From Pseudomonadota bacterium (GTDB lineage: Bacteria > Pseudomonadota > Gammaproteobacteria > Acidiferrobacterales > UBA6901), in the NCBI GenBank assembly GCA_021790335.1, contig JAJYEE010000002.1, positions 4,164 through 68,163 on the forward strand: DNA of 64,000 nt, given 5' to 3'. Shown here one piece after another: positions 56,131 through 64,000 of the stretch. Numbering within the stretch: position 1 is the first letter of the stretch; each line of letters begins with the position of its first letter. The translations under genes and the position numbers were made by a program. A model generated the notes under the pieces. It had not been told where the DNA came from and searched no databases. It saw only the letters and a list, made by a program, of their open reading frames with translations.

Positions 56131-56343
56131 CGGCTTGTCCGAGCGTGATATCAGGCCGGAGACGATGCCGGGCGCTGCCTCGCGCGCCGCGGCGTGCGGC
56201 TTGCCAGGGCCCCGGTCCTGACGGGGCCGGCGGCCCGGATGGCGGGGCAGGGCGGCTGACGTTTGCGACGCTTTCCGCCCGGGCGCGTGTCTGATAGATT
56301 ACGCACACTTTTCGGTCCAACTCTAGCCATCAGGTAAGTCCGC

Positions 56344-56958
56344 GTGTTTGAATTGGTCAGGTCCGGCGGCTGGGTCATGGCGCCGATCATTCTTTGCTCG
56401 ATCGCCGCTTTGGCGATCATCGGCGAGCGGCTGTGGGCGCTCCAGAAGCGCTATGTGGCGCCTGACGGGCTGCTTCCGCAGGTGCGGCAGTGGCTGGAAC
56501 GCAGCGAGCTCGACGAGGCGCGCCTGGCACTGCTGCGCGACAGCTCGCCGCTCGGCCGCGTGATGGCCGCAGGACTGCTGAACCGCAGCCACGAACGCGC
56601 CGTCGTCAAGGAGTCGATCGAGGACGCCGGGCGACATGTGGTCCCGGAGCTCGAGCGCTACCTGAATCCGCTCGGGACGATCGCCGCGATCGCACCGTTT
56701 CTCGGGTTGCTCGGTACCGTGCTCGGCATGATCCGGATGTTCGCCGGCGTCGGTGCTCACGGCCTCGGTGATCCGTCCGTGGTCGCCGCCGGCATCTCCC
56801 AGGCGCTCGTGTCCACCGCATCCGGCCTGACGGTCGCAATTCCCAGCCTGATGTTCTACCGCTATTTCCGCGCGCGTGTCGACACGCTGCTTATGGACAT
56901 GGAGCAGGAGGCGGTCAAGCTCGTCGAGATCATCCAGGGCGCGCGCGAAGGCGCGTAG
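56344..56958 (+). CDS. exbB: MotA/TolQ/ExbB proton channel protein
   Basis: LGTIAAIAPFLGLLGTVLGMI, GISQALVSTA.GL. Confidence 0.9.
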   Translation: MFELVRSGGWVMAPIILCSIAALAIIGERLWALQKRYVAPDGLLPQVRQWLERSELDEARLALLRDSSPLGRVMAAGLLNRSHERAVVKESIEDAGRHVVPELERYLNPLGTIAAIAPFLGLLGTVLGMIRMFAGVGAHGLGDPSVVAAGISQALVSTASGLTVAIPSLMFYRYFRARVDTLLMDMEQEAVKLVEIIQGAREGA

Positions 56959-56981
56959 CCGGGCGGCAGCGAGACGCAACG

Positions 56982-57407
56982 ATGCAATTTCGCCCGAAGC
57001 GGACCGAGGAGCCCGAGATCAATCTCATTCCCCTGATCGACGTGCTGCTGATGGCGCTGATCTTCCTGCTGCTGACGACCAGCTTCTCGCACGAAGCGCA
57101 GCTGCGCCTGCGGTTGCCGAGTACGCATTCCCAGTCGAAAACCCTGCAGCCGACGGTGCGTATCGCAATTGATGCGCAGGGACAGTATTACGTCGGCGGA
57201 AAGGCGCTGCTCAATACCCGCGAAAGCGTGCTGCGGCAGGCCATGCGGGAGGCAGCGGGCACACAGAAGAATCCGGTGGTGATCATCGAGGCCGATCGCC
57301 GGACGCCGAATGGCGCCGTCGTCGAGGTCATGGATGTCGCGCGCCAGCTGGGGTTCGTTCACCTGACCTTCGCCACCCAGAAAGCCTCCGGCGGCCCGGC
57401 ACCGTGA
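56982..57407 (+). CDS. exbD: ExbD/TolR family protein
   Basis: EINLIPLIDVLL..LIF, ADRRTP.G.VV.VMD. Confidence 0.9.
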   Translation: MQFRPKRTEEPEINLIPLIDVLLMALIFLLLTTSFSHEAQLRLRLPSTHSQSKTLQPTVRIAIDAQGQYYVGGKALLNTRESVLRQAMREAAGTQKNPVVIIEADRRTPNGAVVEVMDVARQLGFVHLTFATQKASGGPAP

Positions 57408-59164
57408 GCGTCTCGCAGGCTACGGGTTCGGGCGCGAGCGCATACCGCAGGCTGCTGAGATACGCCTGGCCCTACCGCGGGCCGTTTACGCTGGCCGTCG
57501 TGAGCATGGCCGTCACCTCCGCGACCGAGACCGGCTTCGCATGGCTCATGAAGCCGCTGATCAATGGCGGGTTCGTAAGAAGCGACCCGCACAGCATCCG
57601 CTACATCCCGCCGGTCATCGTGGCGATTTTCGTGGCGCGCGGGGTTTTCGGGTTTCTGGCCAATTACACCATGAACTGGATCGGGCGTATGGTGATCTTC
57701 CACCTGCGCAACGACATGTTTTCGCGGCTGGTGCATCTGCCGAGCAGGTTCTACGACAACAATTCCTCCAGTCTGCTGATATCCAAGGTCATCTATGACG
57801 TGGAACAGGTGATGTCGGCGACCACCAAGGCGGTGTCTTCGGTGGTCAAGGACAGCCTGTCTCTGGTCGGCCTGGTGGCGCTCATGATCTATTACAGCTG
57901 GCGCCTGACGCTGATCATGCTGCTTGTGGCTCCGGTCATCTCGTTCGCGGTGACCAAGATCAGCCGCCGCTTCCGTCGATCGAGCCATCTGATCCAGCAG
58001 TCCATGGGTGAAATCACCCATGTGGTGCAGGAGGCGATCGAAGGCCAGAGGGTGGTCAAGACTTTCTGCGCCCAGGATTCCGAGCGGGCGGCGTTCCAGC
58101 AGGTCAATGCCCGCAATCAGCGCTACGTCATGAAAAAGGCCACGACCTCCGCGCTCAACGTTCCGGTGATTGAGCTGCTGTCAGCGATCGGGATTGCGGT
58201 CGCGATCTATGCGGCGATGCAGGAAGCTGCTGTCCACCAAATGAATGCAGGCACATTCGTGTCCTATATCACCTCCATGATGCTGATGATGCCGGCGCTC
58301 AAACGCCTTACCCAGGTCAACGAAACGGTCCAGACGGGAGTGGCGGCGGCGGGCAGCGTATTTGCGATGATGGATGAGGAGCCGGAGCCGGATCCGGGCG
58401 TGCGCGAACTGCCGAGCGTCAAGGGCGAAGTCGAGTATCGCCAGGTCTGCTTCAGCTACCCGGGTTCCATGTCACCGGTGCTTGAGAACGTATCGCTGCG
58501 TATCGAGCCCGGAACCACTCTGGCGCTGGTCGGCGCGTCCGGAAGCGGCAAGACCACGACGGCGAACCTGCTGGCACGCTTTTATGCGGCCGATTCCGGC
58601 GACATCCTGCTCGACGGCGTCAACATCAACGAGTTGCGTCTCGCCAATCTGCGTCACCATATTGCCCTGGTGAGCCAGGATACGGTGCTGTTCGACGACA
58701 GCATCCGCAACAACATCGCCTATGGTTCGGACACGGAAATCGACGAGGCGCGTATTCTCAGCGCGGCGCAGGCAGCGCATGTGCTGGAGTTCGCGCAACG
58801 CACGTCCGAGGGACTCGATACCATTGTTGGCGAGCGCGGAGTGCGTCTTTCCGGCGGCCAACGTCAGCGCATTGCCATTGCGCGCGCCTTGTACAAAAAT
58901 GCGCCGGTGCTCATTCTCGATGAGGCTACTTCGGCCCTTGATACCGAGTCCGAGCGCCTGGTGCACGACGCGATGCAGCAGCTCATGCACAACCGCACGA
59001 CCCTGGTGATCGCCCACCGGCTGTCGACGATCGAGAATGCCGATTGCATCGTGGTGCTCGACAGCGGCCGCGTGATCGAAACCGGCAGTCATCGCGAGCT
59101 GCTCGAGCGCAACGGGAATTATGCGCGGCTGTACCGTATCCAGTTTAATGAGCCGCGTCGCTGA
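57404..59164 (+). CDS. msbA: Lipid A flippase MsbA
   Basis: ABC TM domain plus GASGSGKT, LSGGQRQR, ILDEATSALD; located in the lpxK cluster. Confidence 0.94.
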   Translation: MSVSQATGSGASAYRRLLRYAWPYRGPFTLAVVSMAVTSATETGFAWLMKPLINGGFVRSDPHSIRYIPPVIVAIFVARGVFGFLANYTMNWIGRMVIFHLRNDMFSRLVHLPSRFYDNNSSSLLISKVIYDVEQVMSATTKAVSSVVKDSLSLVGLVALMIYYSWRLTLIMLLVAPVISFAVTKISRRFRRSSHLIQQSMGEITHVVQEAIEGQRVVKTFCAQDSERAAFQQVNARNQRYVMKKATTSALNVPVIELLSAIGIAVAIYAAMQEAAVHQMNAGTFVSYITSMMLMMPALKRLTQVNETVQTGVAAAGSVFAMMDEEPEPDPGVRELPSVKGEVEYRQVCFSYPGSMSPVLENVSLRIEPGTTLALVGASGSGKTTTANLLARFYAADSGDILLDGVNINELRLANLRHHIALVSQDTVLFDDSIRNNIAYGSDTEIDEARILSAAQAAHVLEFAQRTSEGLDTIVGERGVRLSGGQRQRIAIARALYKNAPVLILDEATSALDTESERLVHDAMQQLMHNRTTLVIAHRLSTIENADCIVVLDSGRVIETGSHRELLERNGNYARLYRIQFNEPRR

Positions 59165-60329
59165 TCGTGCCTACGGGAGCAGGACGCTGTGGTTATGGTG
59201 GCATGGCCTGCGCGACCGGCTGCGTGGGGACCATGGGCGCGCCAATGCCCGCTGGGGCCATCTGCGCCCGCCGGCAGGCGGAGGACGGCTGGTCTGGATC
59301 GAAGCCGGGAGCGAGGAGGGAAGCGTGCGTCTGGCCGCCGGGGCGCTGCGCGCGCTGCATCAGGCGCGGCGCGACCTGCGTCTGGTGTTGTCTTTCGAGC
59401 GCGAATATCCACCGCTGCTCGAGCGCGCGCTTTCCGGCCTTGAGCGCACCGCATTTGGCCATGGACCGAGCGATTCGGAACGTGCCGTACGACGCGCGCT
59501 GCAGTCGCTGGCGCCGCTCGGTGTGCTCATGGTTGCCCGTGATCCCGCTCCCAATCTGAGTGCGGCTCTGGAAGCGGCGGGGGTCCGCTGCATTGCACTG
59601 CACACCCCGGCGGCGACGACCGGGCGGTTTCAGGCGGCCTACCCGGCCGACCGCGGCCAGGTCGAGGCGTGGCAGCGCTGTGGGCGGGCCGACTACATCG
59701 CACCGCAGGCCGACCTGACGACGCTTCTGGTCGAGGCGCAGGTGGAGCCGAATTTCAGGGGAGTATTGTGTGGCGGCGCGGATCTGGCCATCTGGTGCCT
59801 GCTGGGTGCCAACCCGCAGCACTTTCCGGAACTGGATGCATGGTGGACAGGGTCCGGTCTTGGCCGCAGCGGCGTCCTGCTCATCGCCCCTGCGCACTCC
59901 GGCAAGACACCGCCGGTATGGCTGCCGATCAGCGACTGGCAGCGGACCCCGCTGGCTGCCGGCCGTGTGGTCCTGCTCGATGACAGCCGCTGGCTGCCGG
60001 CGGTGACCGCATCGAGCGACGCGATCCATGTGATGGACCCCGACGCCTGGACATTCTGGCAGGCGCTGGCCGGCGGTTGCCCGCTGAGCGTGTCAGATCG
60101 TTCTGCGGTGCTGCGACGTTTCGATGCGGACGCCGCCGCCGGAGCAGCCGACCGTCTTTTCGAAGAGACGCCGACGCTGGCACAGCTGGAGCAGTTCTGG
60201 GCAGCGATGCGGACAGACCCGATCGGCGGGCGTTTGCGGGGTGACGGACTGCGCCGACTGTTCTGGAGCGAGCGCCGGCGCGCCGCGGACGTCAACCACG
60301 AACTGCTAAGGCGGGTTTTTGCGTGGTGA
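59148..60329 (+). CDS. Highly divergent WaaA/KdtA-like (Kdo transferase fold) protein
   Basis: RWG....GRLVWIEAGS..L...RDLRLVLS resembles the WaaA N-terminus; VLLDD..L....SDAIHV..ALAGGCP resembles the C-terminus; coupled to msbA and lpxK. Confidence 0.6.
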   Translation: MSRVADRAYGSRTLWLWWHGLRDRLRGDHGRANARWGHLRPPAGGGRLVWIEAGSEEGSVRLAAGALRALHQARRDLRLVLSFEREYPPLLERALSGLERTAFGHGPSDSERAVRRALQSLAPLGVLMVARDPAPNLSAALEAAGVRCIALHTPAATTGRFQAAYPADRGQVEAWQRCGRADYIAPQADLTTLLVEAQVEPNFRGVLCGGADLAIWCLLGANPQHFPELDAWWTGSGLGRSGVLLIAPAHSGKTPPVWLPISDWQRTPLAAGRVVLLDDSRWLPAVTASSDAIHVMDPDAWTFWQALAGGCPLSVSDRSAVLRRFDADAAAGAADRLFEETPTLAQLEQFWAAMRTDPIGGRLRGDGLRRLFWSERRRAADVNHELLRRVFAW

Positions 60330-61333
60330 ACCGACGCCTTGCCGGAATCATCCAGGACCGGTGGCAGGGCAGGTCGCCCCTGATTCTGCTGCTCATGCCG
60401 CTCAGCTGGATCTACCGGCTGGCCGCGGAGGTGCGCAACAGGCTGTATGACCTGCGTCTGCTTGCGAGCCGGCGGTTGCCGGTGCCGGTGATCGTGGTGG
60501 GCAATATCACCGTCGGTGGAACGGGCAAGACGCCGCTGGTGGTCTGGCTCAGCCTGTTTCTGCAGCGTGCCGGCTACCGGCCCGGAATCATTTCGCGCGG
60601 CTACGGCGGGCGTGCAGCCGTGTGGCCGCAGGTGTTGGCGCCCAATTCCGACCCGGAGGAAGTGGGTGACGAGCCGGTGCTGATCGCGCGCCGCGCGGGC
60701 TGCCCGGTGGTGGTCGGTCCGGACCGGGTGGCGGCAGCGCGGACCCTGCTCGCTGCGCATCGGTGCGATGTCGTGATCAGCGATGATGGACTGCAGCACC
60801 AGCGGCTTGCGCGCGACATCGAAATCGTGGTGATAGACGGGCAGCGGCGCTTCGGTAATGGACTGCTTCTGCCGGCCGGACCCTTGCGCGAGCCGGTTTC
60901 GCGCCTGCAACGTGCCGACGTCCTCATAACCCAGGGTGCGGCACATGCGGGTGAGCGCAGCATGGAGCTGCGCGATACCGGTCTGCGCAATCTGGCGAGC
61001 GGAAAGGCCTGCGCCCCGAGCGAATTCGCGGGCAAGACGGTGCACGCCGTGGCCGGCATCGGAAATCCGGGAGGTTTTTTTGCACGACTGCGGGGTCTGG
61101 GTCTGGAGGTACGCGAACACCCATTTCCCGACCATTATCGCTTTCGCCCCGAGGATCTGAGGTTCGGCGATGATGCGCCGGTGATCATGACCGAGAAAGA
61201 TGCGGTAAAATGCGAGCGATTCGCGCGTTCCGATTACTGGTTTCTCGAGGTTGAAGTGTGCCCGGATCCCGGCGTCGGCGCCTTGATTCTGGAACTGCTG
61301 AAGGAGAAGTGCGGTGGACAAGAAACTGCTTGA
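60323..61333 (+). CDS. lpxK: Tetraacyldisaccharide 4'-kinase
   Basis: [47 protein letters not shown]. Confidence 0.96.
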   Translation: MVNRRLAGIIQDRWQGRSPLILLLMPLSWIYRLAAEVRNRLYDLRLLASRRLPVPVIVVGNITVGGTGKTPLVVWLSLFLQRAGYRPGIISRGYGGRAAVWPQVLAPNSDPEEVGDEPVLIARRAGCPVVVGPDRVAAARTLLAAHRCDVVISDDGLQHQRLARDIEIVVIDGQRRFGNGLLLPAGPLREPVSRLQRADVLITQGAAHAGERSMELRDTGLRNLASGKACAPSEFAGKTVHAVAGIGNPGGFFARLRGLGLEVREHPFPDHYRFRPEDLRFGDDAPVIMTEKDAVKCERFARSDYWFLEVEVCPDPGVGALILELLKEKCGGQETA

Positions 61334-61493
61334 TATCCTGGTCTGTCCGGTGTGCAAAGGACCGCTGCGCTACGACAAGAACCGGTCGGAGCTGGTATGC
61401 AAGGTCGACCGGCTCGCGTACCCGATCCGCGACGATATTCCGGTGATGCTGGAAGACCAGGCGCGCCAGATTCCCGAGGAAGAGGCGCTTTAG
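61314..61493 (+). CDS. Trm112-family (YcaR) protein, 59 aa, below the ORF-track cutoff
   Basis: GTG start; [17 protein letters not shown]...[11 protein letters not shown]. Confidence 0.93.
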   Translation: MDKKLLDILVCPVCKGPLRYDKNRSELVCKVDRLAYPIRDDIPVMLEDQARQIPEEEAL

Positions 61494-61511
61494 CGCCGGC
61501 CGGTTCGACCT

Positions 61512-62261
61512 GTGATTGTCATCATTCCTGCCCGATTCGCATCCACCCGGCTGCCCGGCAAGCCGCTGGCGGATATCGCCGGAAAGCCGATGATCGAACG
61601 CGTTTATGACAGCGCGCGTGCCAGCGGAGCCCGGCGCGTGGTTGTTGCCACGGACGATGCGCGCATCAACGCTGCAGTGCGCGGATTCGGAGGCGAAGTC
61701 TGCATGACCGGCAGCGATCACCGTTCTGGGACCGACCGAATCGCGGAAGCGATTGCGATCCTTGCGATTGACGGCGATGAGATTGTGGTCAATCTGCAGG
61801 GCGACGAACCGCTGATGCCGCCGGCCCTGATCCGTCAGGTGGCCGATACGCTGCTTGCCCATCCGCAGGCTTCCATGGCGACTGCCGGGCATGCGATCCA
61901 TGACCGGCGCAGCTTCCTCGATCCGAACGTTGTCAAGGTCGTTACCGATCGCAGCGGGTTTGCGCTCTATTTCAGCCGCGCCCCGATTCCGTGGCCGCGT
62001 GACGAAACCGCACGCGTCGGCGAGTTTGCGGTGGATGCGCTGCGGCACATAGGAATCTACGCCTATCGTGCCGAATTCGTGAGTCGCTATGCCGACTGGC
62101 CGCCGTGTCCGCCGGAGCGCATAGAGGCACTCGAGCAGCTGCGCGTGCTCTGGAACGGGGAGCGTATTGCCGTATGCGAGACGCCGGAAGCGCCCCCCGG
62201 CGGAGTCGATACTGCCGAGGATCTGGAAAGGGTGCGGGCGGTTTTCGGGCGCGGGGGATGA
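61512..62261 (+). CDS. kdsB: CMP-Kdo synthetase
   Basis: [44 protein letters not shown]. Confidence 0.96.
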   Translation: MIVIIPARFASTRLPGKPLADIAGKPMIERVYDSARASGARRVVVATDDARINAAVRGFGGEVCMTGSDHRSGTDRIAEAIAILAIDGDEIVVNLQGDEPLMPPALIRQVADTLLAHPQASMATAGHAIHDRRSFLDPNVVKVVTDRSGFALYFSRAPIPWPRDETARVGEFAVDALRHIGIYAYRAEFVSRYADWPPCPPERIEALEQLRVLWNGERIAVCETPEAPPGGVDTAEDLERVRAVFGRGG

Positions 62262-62325
62262 GCGGCAGCAGGGCCGGCGCCCACTGCAGCATGCGCCAAG
62301 AGAAGCTAGGAACCGGGGAAGGGCG

Positions 62326-62799
62326 ATGGTAAAGGTGCTTTTCGTGTGTCTTGGAAACATTTGCCGTTCACCGACGGCCGAGGGTGTTTTTCGCGCGGTG
62401 GTGCGCGCCCAGGGACTGGAGGAGGTCATCGAAATCGACTCCGCCGGCACCCATGCCTACCACATCGGCGAGGCGCCCGATGCGCGCGCCCAGGCGGCGG
62501 CGGCGCGGCGCGGCATCGATCTTTCGGGGCTGCGCGGTCGTCAGGCGACGCGTCGCGACATCGAATCCTTTGATTTCATTCTCGCGATGGACCGCGAGAA
62601 TCTGAGACATCTGCTCGCCTTGAGTCCTCCTGGCCAGGAAGGGAAGATCAGGCTGTTCCTGGAATTCGCGCCTTTGCGTCCGGAACGTGAGGTGCCCGAT
62701 CCCTATTTCGGCGGCGAAAGCGGCTTTGACCGCGTTCTGGACATGGCTGAAGAGGCAGCAGTCGGACTGCTCGAGCATATCCGGCGCGAACGGCTGTAA
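62326..62799 (+). CDS. Low-molecular-weight protein-tyrosine phosphatase
   Basis: VCLGNICRSP P-loop, DSAGT, VPDPYFG. Confidence 0.94.
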   Translation: MVKVLFVCLGNICRSPTAEGVFRAVVRAQGLEEVIEIDSAGTHAYHIGEAPDARAQAAAARRGIDLSGLRGRQATRRDIESFDFILAMDRENLRHLLALSPPGQEGKIRLFLEFAPLRPEREVPDPYFGGESGFDRVLDMAEEAAVGLLEHIRRERL

Positions 62800-62834
62800 C
62801 ATGGGCGGACCGGCGATCGGCGGCGTCTGACACC

Positions 62835-64000
62835 ATGAGCGTGGCTGCCGGTCGGGTCGTGCCGCCGGGTTTCGCCGGCGGGCGGCTTGCGCGCTTCGGC
62901 CTTGCGATGAGGCGTCATCGCCAGGCAATCCAGACGGTGCAGTGGGTCGTGGTGCTTTTCTATGTGGTGCTCGTGACGGCGCCAGCATTCCTGCCCCTGC
63001 CGGCCGCGAATACCCACCTGTGGAACAATCTCACACGTTTTGCACGGTTCGTTTTCTGGGGTGTCTGGTGGCCGCTTGTCATCCTTTCGGTCATGGGCCT
63101 GGGGCGCTTTTGGTGCGGCGTGTTCTGCCCGGAGGGCACGCTCAGCGAATGGGTTTCGCGCTACGGTGCCGGACGCGGTATCCCGCGCTGGATGAAATGG
63201 GGCGGCTGGCCCTTTTTCGCCTTTCTTGGCACCACGGTCTTCGGCCAGCTGACCAGTATCTACGGTTACCCCAAGCCCATGCTTCTCATCCTGGGCGGTT
63301 CAACGGCCGCCGCCGTGACGGTCGGACTGCTGTATGGGCGCGGCAAGCGCGTGTGGTGCCGGCATCTGTGTCCAGTGACCGGGGTATTCGCGCTGCTGGC
63401 CAGGACTGCCTCCGTCCGTTTCCGCACCGACCGAGACATCTGGGATGCGGCGCCGGCCGGACATCGCACCAGCCGGACACATGCGGTGAACTGTGCGCCG
63501 CTGATCAACATCCGTCGTCTCGATGGATCCCCTGTCTGCCACATGTGCGGACGCTGCGCGGGGGAGCGCGGGGCGGTCGCGCTTGCCTGGCGTGCACCCG
63601 GCGCGGAGATCCTCGAAACGGGTGCTGCGCAGTCCCGGTCACAGATCCGGGAGTCAACCAGATGGCAGGCACGACTGCTGGTCTTCGGCATGCTCGGAGT
63701 CGCGCTCGGGGCCTTTCAGTGGCGCGCCTCGCCGTGGTTCGTGATCGCCAGGCTGCACGCGACCAGTTGGCTGATCGCCCACACTGTAACGTGGCCCCTG
63801 CGTGCCCCCGGACACTGGTGGCTTCTCACCCATTATCCGCAATCCGACGACGTGTTCAGCTGGCTCGACGGCGCGATGATTTTCGCCTACATCGGTAGCG
63901 AGGCGCTCGTCGTCGGAAGCTGGATCGTGGCCTGGATGCGGCTGATAGAAACGTTCACGGGGATAGTCTGGCAGCGGTTTGCTGAAGTGCTCATCCCCTT
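62835..64000 (+). CDS. FtrD-like membrane 4Fe-4S protein, 3'-truncated by the window
   Basis: My translation: QWVVVLFY..FWGVWWP..GRFWCGVFCPEG..VWCRHLCPV..CHMCGRC; absent from the ORF track because it runs off the window. Confidence 0.8.
   Translation, partial: MSVAAGRVVPPGFAGGRLARFGLAMRRHRQAIQTVQWVVVLFYVVLVTAPAFLPLPAANTHLWNNLTRFARFVFWGVWWPLVILSVMGLGRFWCGVFCPEGTLSEWVSRYGAGRGIPRWMKWGGWPFFAFLGTTVFGQLTSIYGYPKPMLLILGGSTAAAVTVGLLYGRGKRVWCRHLCPVTGVFALLARTASVRFRTDRDIWDAAPAGHRTSRTHAVNCAPLINIRRLDGSPVCHMCGRCAGERGAVALAWRAPGAEILETGAAQSRSQIRESTRWQARLLVFGMLGVALGAFQWRASPWFVIARLHATSWLIAHTVTWPLRAPGHWWLLTHYPQSDDVFSWLDGAMIFAYIGSEALVVGSWIVAWMRLIETFTGIVWQRFAEVLIP

Overview
GC-rich bacterial chromosome segment, most likely a gammaproteobacterium. 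Gene content and synteny suggest an Acidiferrobacterales-like sulfur oxidiser (inference). It is mostly housekeeping: the end of an O-antigen/LPS cluster with ugd-galU, DsrE-hpt-MTI phosphorylase, csiV, def, mfd, carD-ispD-ispF, smr, trxB-ftsK-lolA-rarA, tRNA-Leu(CAG), rnr-rlmB-rpsF-rpsR-rplI-dnaB(intein)-alr-radA, FHA/PP2C, dapC-D-E, yggS, dciA, lolCD-exbBD-msbA-(waaA-like)-lpxK-trm112-kdsB-ptp, and a truncated FtrD-like gene. Two accessory blocks stand out. The first is def plus a small-antitoxin/AbiEii(MenT)-like nucleotidyltransferase pair and a decayed copy of part of the toxin gene, wedged between mfd and csiV. The second is a ~10.9 kb low-coding-density block at the tRNA-Leu 3' end with tkt, gnd, a GAF-PAS-GGDEF-EAL gene and two consensus sigma54 promoters. 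One of these promoters, with IHF-like and NtrC-like sites, points at an unrecognised Cys/His-rich 103-aa ORF. Other oddities: a CarD lacking its conserved Trp, a WaaA-like protein with eroded motifs, an HTH-bearing DnaB intein and a 21-aa insertion in Mfd. No CRISPR array, integrase, transposase or reverse transcriptase was seen.
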